A stretch of DNA of 63,464 nucleotides, the filler included, from Craspedostauros australis (lineage: Eukaryota): the NCBI GenBank assembly GCA_030167865.1. It is 5 parts of 5 records of this genome, joined end to end, with 100 filler letters (N's around TTAATTAATTAA, not from the genome) between each part and the next. Parts side by side here need not be neighbours in the genome. Positions count along the whole stretch, not along the records: positions 12,944 to 44,551 come from JALAGF010000873.1; 4 more parts are not named here. One strand, 5' to 3'. Below, piece by piece: positions 23,401 to 34,800 of this stretch. The notes under the pieces are model-generated. The model ran no database searches. It was given only the letters and a program-made list of their open reading frames with translations, and was not told the origin of the DNA. Each line of letters starts with the position of its first letter. Position 1 is the first letter of the stretch. Made by a program: the position numbers and the translations under genes.

Positions 23401-24355
23401 CGATCCAAAACGACTTCTCGCCGGCTCCAAATGCATCTGGATCGCTCAGTCGGCGCCGTCGTCCTTCCAGGGCATCCACTCGAACGTCCGGTAAAGTCGA
23501 GACTGTGCCCATCTCCATGGTGTCCACGGATTCCCCCGGTGGCAATTCTAGCGCGTAGTTGTCTGTGTCGATCATGGCTCCTGGGAGAAAGAGGGTGTGC
23601 AAACTGTGCGAATTTGGCCACGCGTTTTTCTCTGTCATCCATGAGGCGGTCAATCCTTCGATCGTCAGAAGCACCGCTCCGTGCACATCGGTGTCGGCAC
23701 CTCGTAGCTGGCATCCAACGCGAGTGCTCTCTCCTCCATGGACATAGGTGACCATCTGTGGCACGATGGCGCATGGTTCTCGGATGGCGTGTTTCTGAGT
23801 ATGCTCCGACCATGCGATGGCACCATGTGAGGTTCTCACGACTTCTCCGCTTGCTCTGAACTCAGCCTACATGCGTCGTTGCGGTCGACGTTTGTGCAAT
23901 TGGAGAATGACTCCGCAAGGACATCGAAACGAGCAGAAACACGAATGTTGGTGAGCAAGCGCTTGGTTTGTGTGGCATGACATGGCATCGTACGTACGAT
24001 GAAGACAAACAGATGCACATTTGTAGAGAGCATTTGTCCGGCGACGGAAGCAGGATACACACGATGATCAGGTGAAACGGAGTGCAGCGTACTCGTACGA
24101 GCGCTCAGTTGCATACGAGTGCGCATTCCACGATTCATAGAAATCCCATTGCCGTCGCAGAACCTCTCGTCGCTGTCGGGAGCACCCTCGCCAAATATGG
24201 ATTGCCAATCGTCATTTGCCGGGCGCCCGCCGATGATGAACTTGGTGAAGATCATCGCCACTTACTGCAACAAAGTTGGAATCGATGGCCATTGGCGCGG
24301 CCAAAGCCCAAAGAAGCAGGCTCGATCTCTCAAACATCATCGTCCAGTTGTTCAT
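20431..24355 (-). CDS. Secreted gametolysin-like M11 metalloprotease with P/S/T-rich stalk and Lys-rich tail; 5 exons (24355-24266, 23866-23077, 22835-22676, 22571-22507, 22061-20431)
   Basis: Manual splicing at GT-AG sites gives EWLAFATLPG..VVHELGHNFCLGHSNE..YHDVSGAMG..YNGAKSWVLGWY (metzincin zinc motif plus Met-turn, M11 pattern). The first exon is hydrophobic and signal-like and is the least certain. Confidence 0.8.
20815..20975 (-). repeat. Coding 36-bp repeat (PSATPSTHPSSN) x~4
   Basis: GATGGGTGCGTCGATGG recurs at 36-bp spacing. Confidence 0.8.
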
Positions 24356-25367
24356 GCACGTGGAAGACTCTTATGAGGCTCAGCAACACTGCCTCTGTGA
24401 TGGTGGAGCGGATGTTATAGTATCGTCCAAGACCAGCCTCCACGAATACGATTTCGCACTATACGAGGGGAGAGAGACAGCCGTATCATGGCAGCACTGG
24501 TGTATTGGCATCATACTGCTGCTCCTGCCACTATTGTTATCGTCGTCGTCGTCGCTTGCTGGCTGTTGTCGCACCCGCAGGAGGAAAGCAGGCGCATGCG
24601 CAGGCACAGCACTCTGTCATGCAAGCAAGTACGAGTTCAGTACGCCATTCAGGATGCACGACGCCGCAACAAGACACAACAGAAAAGCGACACATTGCAT
24701 CACCACCCATCAGTGCACGAGATAACGTGGTGGAAATTGGATGTTGTGGTCAACTCCATGGTGATGAGCGATGTGACCGACGATGGAAGTCCCAATCACA
24801 TCGACAAAAATTGTGAGCTTCGACGAAAAACGAGACTCAAACGTCCGTCACCAGTGTTGTTGCGTGTGGTTTGTGATGCCGCAACGGAATTTTGTGAGCG
24901 ACGCGCAAGCGATGCGACATCAGCAACGGAAACAATCACCGCACAGAAAGAGAGATCAATCGTGTTTCTTTCTTCGCTCAGGTTTGTGTCCGACATTTCC
25001 ACTTCGATTGGATTCCTCGTTGTTCTATGCCTTTCGTCTCTCTTCGACCAAATTCGTTGGCTGTTTGGTTCCGTTTTGTGGCGAACATATTGAGTCACGA
25101 TTAGGCGCGACTGCACCTTCGTTCGCTTCAACACGCATCAACACCGACTTTCATGAGAACACTTGTCCCATCCTTGATCGCATTTCTCATCGCATTGAAA
25201 TTTTGACCATGTTGTTCGTGATCGTGTTGGTTACGCGTGCGAGTCCTCTTGCGATTATTTCATTTTTATGCGTTCTTGGCTGGCTGTTGCTGTCGTATTC
25301 TACAATATTATTTTCATAGAATAGTATGCACTCATCTACTTCTAAAGCATGGTCCAATTTGATGCGG

Positions 25368-28300
25368 TCATAGTGCAGTACAGCGAGACGTGCCGTCGTT
25401 AGCGGTTTCGCAGCAGGATGTGCAGCAAGTGCATGTGACTTCTGCGAACGCGGTGGTGGCGTTGTTGCCATTTGCCACGCTGCAGTCTGCCTGGAGACTG
25501 TCGATGGGGTCGGAAAGGAATGATGCAGAGCAGAGCACGCTGTCGAGGTCTCCAGCGAGATTCGTATTCTGCAAATGGACTGCTTCCAGATCCACCAGTT
25601 GTTTCATCGTCGATGGGACGGAGCCGGACATCCTGAGGTTGCCGTTGAGTTCCAGACGCTGCAGGTTGGTGCATTCGCCGATTTCGGATGGTATTGATCC
25701 GTCGATGCTGTTGTTTCCGAGAAGCAGGCTTGTCAGGCTCTGCAGGGTGCCGACCTGGGGCGTCAAACTCCCTGCGAATGCATTCGAACTGAGATCCAGA
25801 CTCTCCAACTGATCGGCGGGGAGGCTGTCAAGAACCGTTGCCACATCACCTGTGAATTGGTTGTTTGCGAATTCCATCGTCTGTAGGTACGAATTGGCTG
25901 CAAACGAAGGCAGAGTTCCGGTAATTTTGTTGTTGGAGAAGTGGACGTCGGACAGAAACAGCAGGGATGCCAGCTCGGTGGGGATCGTGCCTTCCAGGTT
26001 GTTGTCCTCCGCCATCACCGAGATCATCTTCTCCAAATTCCCGATGGAGGACGGGAACGTGCCTGTCAGGTTGTTGTGGTCGACGGCGAGGAAGCGGAAG
26101 AGCTGTTGCGTCCCGAACGGTGGGATCGACCCTATCAGGCTGTTCGCGGAAAGCGCCAGCACTCTCAATCTTGGCAGCAGCATGAGCGCGGATGGAATCT
26201 TGCCGATGAAGTTGTTGTTGCTCAGGTTCACGAAGGAGAGGTTGGACAGGCTCTCGATCTCCGTCGGGATGCTTCCGTCGAGGTGGCAATCCTGCAACGA
26301 CAGCATGCCCAGTTGCGTGGCGTATCCGATGGTCGATGGGATGGCGCCGGAAAGTCTGCCGTTGGCGAAGAGCACGAGGCTCTCCAGGTCCGTATGGGAC
26401 TCGGTGAAGAGCTCGGGTGGTATCTCTCCTGTGAGGTCATTCTCCCGCATGTCCAGAGTGACGATGCGGTTCAACCGTCCAAGCTCGCTCGGAATCGACC
26501 CCTTGATGCTGTTGTGGCGCAAGTCCAGCGTTTTCAATCCGGAGAGCTCCGCAAGTTCGGCAGGGACGGTTCCATCCAGCATGTTGTTTTCTGCAATAGA
26601 GTGTATATGAGTTGGAAACGCATTTGGTTTGGTAGATCGGATTGGGGTGGAGATCAGTGTGTGCATGTCCATTTTCGTTCACATCATCGCCGTCGGTCCA
26701 TCGCACGAGTTAGACAGTTTGATCGCAGTACAGCAAGAGTTTACGCAGTCAAAGCACGCATGGAGTGAGTTGTGGGTGGACACAGAGAAGCGAAGCCAGC
26801 GAGCGCCATGTTTAGAATACGTCGTGATGTGTAGATTGCATGCACCATTTGGTGGGATAATGAGAGCAGAGTTGAGCGGAGCAGCACCGAGCGACACAAT
26901 CGTACCATACTTCACTTACCGAGTAGGATTTCCTCAACAAGGCCTTCGTCGTCGCAGAATATGCCAGATCCAAAGCCATCATTCCATCGGCACACAGATG
27001 CGGTCGACAGCGAATCAAACTGGGATGACCATTGATCACCTCCGAGGCTGAAGTATAGGACTCCAGCGACGTATCGGTCCACGAGCTGGGGCGTGGACAA
27101 TCCATCAAGCACACCGGTTGATCCATCGCTGGTCGTCAGCCATTCGAATGCATGGTGCTGTGGTGATGATGGATCATCGATCAATGCTCCCGAAACATCC
27201 AATATGGCCTGTTTGATGGGATGTGTTTTGGTTGGTGATCCTGTTGGTGATACCGTTGGTGGTACAGTGGGCTCCTGGGTTGGCAAGTACGTGAATGCGG
27301 ATGTTGGCGACGACGTTGGTGGTTGAGTGGGCGTTGCGGATGCTAACACTGTTGGCTGCGTCGTTGGTGACAGTGTGGGTGATGCGGTTGGTTCTGATGT
27401 CTTTGCACGGGTTGGCATGAGCGTTGGTGACGTTGAACGTGTCACGGTTGGGAAATTCGTTGGCATTCCTGTCGGCAAAAGAGTTGTTTGCAATGCTGTG
27501 GGCAATCCTGATTGCAGAAGCGTCTGAGGAATGGTTGGTGAAATGGTTTTCGGACCGGTTGTCCGAACGGTCGGTGCCTCTGTGTTCGGCACTAACGACG
27601 GTCTCATTGATGATGCTGTCGGAGATGGGCTTGGCTCAACTGTTTCTGCTGACGTTGGCGCCTCACTCGACGAAGTTGGGTCAGCCGAAGGTGATAGCGT
27701 TGGTGCTGCTGTTGGAGATGGGCTTGGCGCAAGTGTTGGTGTTGATGTTGGTGCTTCGCTTGACAATGTTGGCCCTGTCGATGATGACGGCGTGGGTGCG
27801 GCTGTCGGAGATGGGCTTGGCGCAAGTGTTGGTGCTGATGTTGGTGATTCGCTCGATGATGTTGGGCCTGTTGATGATGACGGCGTGGGTGCTGTTGTTG
27901 TAGATGAGCTTGGCTCAACTGTTTCTGCTGCTGTTGGTGCTTCGCTTGATACTGTTGGCCCTGTCGATGGTGACGGCGTGGGTGCGGCTGTTGGTACAAC
28001 CGTTGGTAAGGTGGTTGGTACCCGAGAAGGCACAATAGTGGGCAGGATGGTCGGTAGGCTGGATGGCAGAACGGTTGGAAGAGCGGTCGGTGCTGCCTTC
28101 GGTGATTCCGTTGGTTGCGATGTCGGTACGGCCATGAGCTGTGATGGAGCTGGTGTTGTTAGGGCCGACGGCGAAAATGTGATCGTTGCCAGAGGAGTGG
28201 GGGCGCTGCTGTCGTTCAATGCGATTGGGTCCTGCGTTTTGTCATCATCGATGTCTCTGTCGACCGCAGTTGATGGTGGTGTTGGTGTCGATGAGGACAG

Positions 28301-30628
28301 TGACGGTGACCAGGTGGGCGGAAACAACAGCGGTGGTGCAGCATCTGGCGGGGACAGATCGAGTTCATTATCAGACGACTTGCTGGCTTGGTCGACGCCG
28401 TCATCTGAGTTGAGGTGGGAAATGACAGCCGTAGCGACTCCAGTGGCCAGCATGATGAGAGCGCCGAAGCAGAGGCATCGCATCAGCATCGTTCTGCGTT
28501 GAGCGGCCTTCCTTTCTTTTTCTTGCTGCCGTTCAAAGAACACAGTGTACTCCCCAAGGATTCTCAACGAAGTGTATGGATCTGTGTTGTTGAGGACGAT
28601 CTGTTCTTCTCCTTGTACGTCTGCTTCTTCATAGATTGCACCATCCATATGTTTGCTGACGCGGACCACGGAGTCAATGCCGTCTGTTTCCGGATCTTCG
28701 ACAAGATACCGTGCGTCGGGATAAGGTCCCGAAAAAGGCCCACGCGCCAGACGTCTTCCGATCTCGCGAACGACTGAATCTGTTTCGGTATTGTTTTCAG
28801 GAGCGTCGTCGGCGCTGCCATGAGCAACAGTAAGCGATTGCTGCTCTTGTGCCCGCCCCTGTGCATGCGGCTGTGAAGCTACTGCTGTTGTTGCTTCTGT
28901 TAGTCCTGATAACGGCGGATGATCACGCGCCTCGTTCAAATCGATACGACTCTCATTGGTATCGCCACGTTCGCCGCGGTCACGATGCTCATCTTTGGAA
29001 GCAGTCTGAACGTGCTTCAGGCGGTCGTCTTCTTCGTCTGCCGATTTGCTGAATTGCGAGCCCGCGGAATGCTGCGCGTAAATGATGTCGTCTTCGTCGA
29101 GCGAGACCTTGAGCAGGAAATCCGATGCGAGAATCCCACCGCTAGCCGTGGACGCATCATCAGCTTGGGTTTCGTCATCGTCGTCGGACATGCGCGCATG
29201 CCGCACAATCGCGTCCATGTCCTTCACGAGTTCTTCGCTCGGCTTGCTTTCAAGCCCCTCCTTGAAGCTGTATGTCATCGCAGGTGCGATTTTTCCATCA
29301 TCCATCTCCTCACGATTGCAAATGCTCCTGCTGCGGCGGCTGCGGATGGATTCATCGCCTGCTTTCGGCAAATCAGTTTCTGCCTCCTTTGACTGACTCA
29401 CCATCATCTTGGCTTTCCACGCCTCTTCTGCTTTGTCCAGCTCATTCAGTTGCTCCTCGAGCTTGATGACTTCTTGCACACCGTCAATTCCAGACTGCTG
29501 CTGTTGTGCTGTCGGTCCTGTCATGAAATCATCTGGCTTGCCGAGAGTGCCGGCTTCGATTGGTGTTGGTGTTGTCAATTTCATTGAGTGGCCAGCAGTG
29601 GTAATACTGCTCGTGGGATGTGTCGTCGTTGTCGTTGCTGTTGATGTTGATGTTGCTTTTGCTGTGGGGACGGGTGCATGCGTTGCGGCTGCTGCAGTTC
29701 CGCCGCTTGTTGGCGTCTTTGATGTGGGAGTCTTTGTCGGCATGGATTCGGTAACGAGTCTCGGCGCAGTTGTTGTCGATGGGATGATCTGCGATTTTGC
29801 AGGCTGCTGCCGTCTCGTATCGAAGGTGGGCATGGCTTTATTCGATGCAGCTTTTGATGGTTTCGTGGTCGCGGCTGTTCTGGCCCGCTGTGCTCCACCG
29901 CTGCCGTTGTGCTGTGTGCCTGCCGCGTTCTGCGCAACTTCACTGCCGCGTCGGCCATGCTGGATCACCTGACGTCGCTGCTGGTTGGAGGTCATGATGC
30001 ACCCTGGCTGCTTGCTGCTTTGCTCCCGGACAGCGAGGGCAACCGTCTGCACCATATCTCGCTTCTTTGGTTTGATCGATGAAGTGGACGGCTTTCCAAT
30101 CGCTGACAGCTCGTCGATGAACTGGGAGTCCGTCGTGCTGGAAGCGGTTCGGATGGGTGGTGGCGTTTTGGGACGCTGGTTGCTCGCTCTCGCCGTCGGA
30201 TCATCGTGACCGACGTTGGTGCTGGCGACGCTCCCGACATCAAGCATGCTGGTCCCACCTTCTCCCACGCTGCCCATGTCGATCGATTCGAATGTCATGA
30301 GCGATGAGATGACCGATTCTGGCCTTGAGGCGGCCCTGCGCAGATCGTCGTCGACCGTGTCAGGATCCTCCCTTGCCTCCACATCGCGGCTCTCGTGGTT
30401 CTGGCTGTGTTGACGCGTGTTGTTGGCGGCAACATCGTGTGATGGTGATTTCATCTTCATCGCGGAGCTTGGGACGGTGGTACTTGGAATGTGGGTGCGT
30501 CGCCCCTCACGCATCCTCCTCTCATGCTGCTTCTGCCTCAGGATGCTCTCAACCACCACCTTTTGCTCCGCATCTTCAGCCATGGCTTGCATAGCATTCA
30601 CCGGATCGTCTGATGACACACGATCCAT
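25368..30628 (-). CDS. Type II membrane leucine-rich-repeat receptor-like protein; 2 exons (30628-26920, 26590-25368)
   Basis: Long disordered N-terminus, single TM (CLCFGALIMLATGVATAVI), PT-rich stalk, LRRNT-like cap (AFEWL..RYVAGVLYFS..CRWN..GIFC), plant-type LxxLxLxxNxLxGxIP repeats, and a C-cap CTCCTSC. Junction CTCG|GTAAGT ... TTGCAG|AA is in frame. Confidence 0.85.
27616..27990 (-). repeat. Coding 93-bp (31-aa) tandem repeat x4 in the P/T/S stalk
   Basis: The GGAGATGGGCTTGGC-like core recurs every 93 bp (PTAAPTPSSSTGPT..SEAPT..PSPS). Confidence 0.85.
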
Positions 30629-31804
30629 GGTTGTGTTGCTGTGGCGTTGTGTCTCAAAGCTCGGATCTGTGTCCCTTGTGTGAGAGTCGAGAACGACCGT
30701 CGAATCGAGTTGAGTGGATTGCAATGGTGTGCAGTGGTGTGCAGTGTTGTCGTTGGGATGATCCGATGGTGTGATGATGTTTCCATTCACGCAAACCTTC
30801 CACGCCAATTTGAATAGGGTGGAAGAGAGCAGAGGATAAGTCGAGCGGAGTGAGCCAGAATCGTGCAGTCCACTTTACTCGTTTTTGTTTCGTCTATCCA
30901 TGGCGCATCGATTGGTCTCCACGACTCTGCATCATCCACTCAACTCTTCTCTTTTGTTTCCACTTCATCGGTATCTCTGTTGCTCGACTCTTCCACTCTC
31001 GTGGTTTCGCTTCGCAACAAACGGACACACAAAGGGAATCACTCGTCTCGCGCCAAAAATGTTGATGTGTCAGCGATTGGGACCACAATCCCCAAAAAGT
31101 GAGACTTTGGCGATGACGAATGTCACACCGGACATCCCTTAGTATTACGTGTAGATTCAGGCTGAATATTTATATAACGTCACACGATATAGCCCATCGC
31201 CAACATGAAGAGTTCAGTCCGTCCAACCATCGGGATGGAACATGATCGATCTGGTCGATCTTTCTCATCTCCCGCACCATTCGATTGGATGGATCCGATT
31301 TGGTTTGCTCGTTTCGATTTCGGAAAAAGAACAAGAAATGGGTGGCGGTCGTGACGAGATGGCGATGATGGTGGTGATGTTGGTCGAGCGTTTTTTCGCG
31401 GTGGAATTCTGGTCGGTTGGAAACAAAGAAGAAGAGAATCTGCACATCATTCTGATCTTCCCTCTGCATCTCCACATACTTGGGCTCCTGCTGTTGGTAT
31501 TGCGATCATCTGGAAGAGGACTTGTGTGCGTACCATTGCTTCACACCTGAACAAAGTGCGGAGGCAGACAAGGAAGGCTGCACGAAGGCATCGCCTCGAA
31601 AGATACTCGCACTGAAGATCCGCAAGGTCTCAGCTTGTCTCAGCTTTGACCGCCAAAGGGTTTCCATCAAGCCGTCCAGACGAATCTGTGATTGACATCA
31701 CCCACATCCATCAGCATTAGCTGACTGAGAACAGAGACATCACTCGCATCATTGAAACGATTGACACTCTCCAGAGACTGCATTGACGCCAGCCGATTGA
31801 CATC

Positions 31805-34800
31805 ATGCGGAAGCGGAAGCTCGAACGAACGAAGAAGAGCAAACGCAAGACTGGAGAAAGTGGTATCGGGGATGCCGCTGCTGCCATGATCGAGGAGAAG
31901 AAGCATGAGCATGATGAAGACAAAGACGATAACGAAGACGAAGACGAAGACGATCGTATGGAGGGTGCAGCCGTTGATGGCAACAGCAACGACCAGAAAA
32001 ATGACGATGACGATGGTGATGATGATGATGATGATGAAATCGAAGAGAATGGCGGAACGACCAATTCCATCCGTGGTGCGACGAACGGAAGGATCAGAGA
32101 CGGCTCTTCCTTCCTGGACAGCTTCTACGGACTCGCCTCGTTGGATCCGAAGGAACGATCGCAGTCCGCCCAGCTGATTCTGCATCACTGCCTGTTCGGA
32201 CCGGACGCCAATGCGAAGGATGCGGAGTACACCTTCCGTCGTTTGATCAACGGAGTCTGCTCCGGACGAGCTGCCGCGAGGCAGGGCAACGCTTCGGCAT
32301 TGTCCAGCTTCCTCAAGGTCGCCTTCAGCCTCGGCAAGATGGATGGCATCCGCCAGGTCAGCAATGCGCAGGCGGGCAAAAATGCACCGTCTCTCTTTCG
32401 CTACGTCCGGGAGAGGTTGCTGGACGCCACGGATTACAAAAGCATCGAAGGTGGGAACAAGTCCGAGGTTCGCGATCACCAATTCGGAAGGCTCTTTGGG
32501 GTCCTCGCCATCGTGCGAAGTGGGATCCTTAACTCGCAAGCCGGAGATGCCGGAGAGGGTTCCGGCAAAGATGCAAGCAACGGACGCGGCTCGCCCGTGA
32601 AGGAGCTGCTGACGGTGGTCTCGTTGTTCACCACGGATCTTATCGATCTGTTCTGGGCCAAGCAGTGGTTGCGAGAACCGGCCAGCCATGCCATCATCAC
32701 GCTGCTCCTGTCCGTGCTCAAGGGCTGCGGTCCCGCGGATGGTGCCAACATTTTTGCCAGCGTCGTGCAGAAGACGCTCATTCCCAAGCTTTTGTTGCGG
32801 GATGCGCACGGCGACAAGCTGGAGATCGAGCAGACCTCGTCCGTCATCCAGACCTTGTCTGCTGAGCAGCTGGCCGTCGCGATCTTCATCCAATCGCACG
32901 TGTCGCCCAGCATGCCGTCCTTCCACGCACCTCTCAACGAGCCCATCTTGTCCACCTCCAACATCGGACGCATCAGTTCCACGCTGTCTGCCACCAGCAT
33001 CATTGCTCAGCCACGTGTGCATTTGATCTGGGAGACCGTGTGGGCGTTCCTGGCGGAGAGAGCCTCAGGCAAGGGATCCAACGCGAGGTCACTTCGCAAT
33101 GCGGGATGGTCGCTTCGGGAGGAGGCCCCCGTGGGCGACGATGCGCCCAGGGACATCCTGCAGTCCATCGTCTCCACCATCATCGAGAAGGAGCTCATCG
33201 GGTTTGACAGCGACACCCAGCCGACGAAGACGACGGAGAACAGATGCTCCCTGGCCATCTTCCTCGTCAAAAGTCTTTGCGGCGTACCCTTCGCATCCTC
33301 GATCGTCGGTTCCATGCACCTGCAGCTGGATGGTGACGTGTTGGAAACGATCGTTCTCAACAACAACATCGTGCGCCGTGTCTTTTTGGATGTCATCTGG
33401 TCCGGCAAGAAGCACCGCACGCCGCATCTCCTCAAGCCGATGGCCGTCGGTGCCTTGAAGGCTATCTCGCAGGTGGTGCACGAACGCTTCGACATGTCAC
33501 AACCGTCATCCTCGCACGTCTGCATGTCCGTCATCCGGGCCATGCTCAATTGCAACGTCCGCTTTGACAGCCTCACCAAGACATCCTTCCTCGCCAACAT
33601 CATTGGCCTCACGCAAGACTTCCGTTCCGATGATGACAGCGGCGCAACCCGCACGGCGAAGCACATCAAGCTCTGGCGGGAGTACGCATCGTACCTCCGC
33701 ACGATGGTGCTGGAAAAAGCAAGCGCATTGACGAAAGAAGACTCGACGGCGGAGGTCACCGGCTACATGGAACTGCTCTACACCACAGCGAAGAGCGTCT
33801 TGCTACTTTCCGACTCGTCAAAGTCGTCGTCGGCGGCGACGGATGAGCTGCAACAGTTCAAGCTTACCCTTTGCACCGAAGTCAAGACATTCTTCATGGT
33901 TGCCGCATTTTACGACTGCACCACCATGGATGCCTGCAAGATCGAGAAGCAATCCGATCTTTCCATGTCAACGCGCGCCGCCTTCCAGGCCGCCAAAGAC
34001 ATCGCTGCCATCTCCAAGCGAGATACACAGTGCTTTTCCTACCCCGTCAGAAGCATGATCTCCGCAAAGTTCTTCTCCCTCCTTGCTGAGCACGTCCACC
34101 ACTCCGCGCATGCCAGCAACACCAGCGCAACGTCGTCATCAGGCGCCATTGCCAAGAAAGAAAACGGAATGTACCTCACGCTTTCCAGCGTCATGGATTG
34201 CTGCAAGGTGCTCGAAGCAGCCGGTTTGAAGCGCTTCAGCATCCCCAACCAGGGCAGCGATGGTAAGGGTGAGGATGAAAGCGACGACGATAGCGCTGAA
34301 GATACTGCCATGGACGCACAAAACGACGCGTTGACTTTGGATGACATTGTGATGACGTGTCAAAAGTACGTGCAGGAGACTGGTGCGTCAGCAATCTCTC
34401 GTCCTGATGACAGCACCGCCGAAGCCAAGAAGCGGGTGGCGACCGGAATCACCAGTCTCATCATTGCGCTCTCCTTACATCAGCTGCGCAGCGGCTCCTC
34501 CACCGATGCCCTGGATGACGACGATCCGGATGCCAGCGACGAAGATGATGATGCCGAAATCCAATCCGCCATCGAGAACCTGAAGGAGATCCTCGATGAT
34601 TTCATGTCGATCGAAAGCGACACAGGCAGTGGCAGCAGCGACGGCGAAGGCGATGACAGCAACAATCCTTTGCTTGGACTTGCTGAGTCGTGCGCCAATA
34701 TCCTCTCCTCGCCGCTGAACACTGGAAATGCAACGAGAGGAGCCTCGCCCAAGCTCCTGCGTGAGGCCATCAAGTTCTCCTGGGTTGGCGGGTTGGCTCT

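Noticed and set aside
31667..33022. Long antisense ORFs (also 1767-2750, 27531-28502, 50667-52208 and others)
   Set aside because: Shadows of GC-rich or repetitive coding sequence on the opposite strand, with no recognisable motifs.
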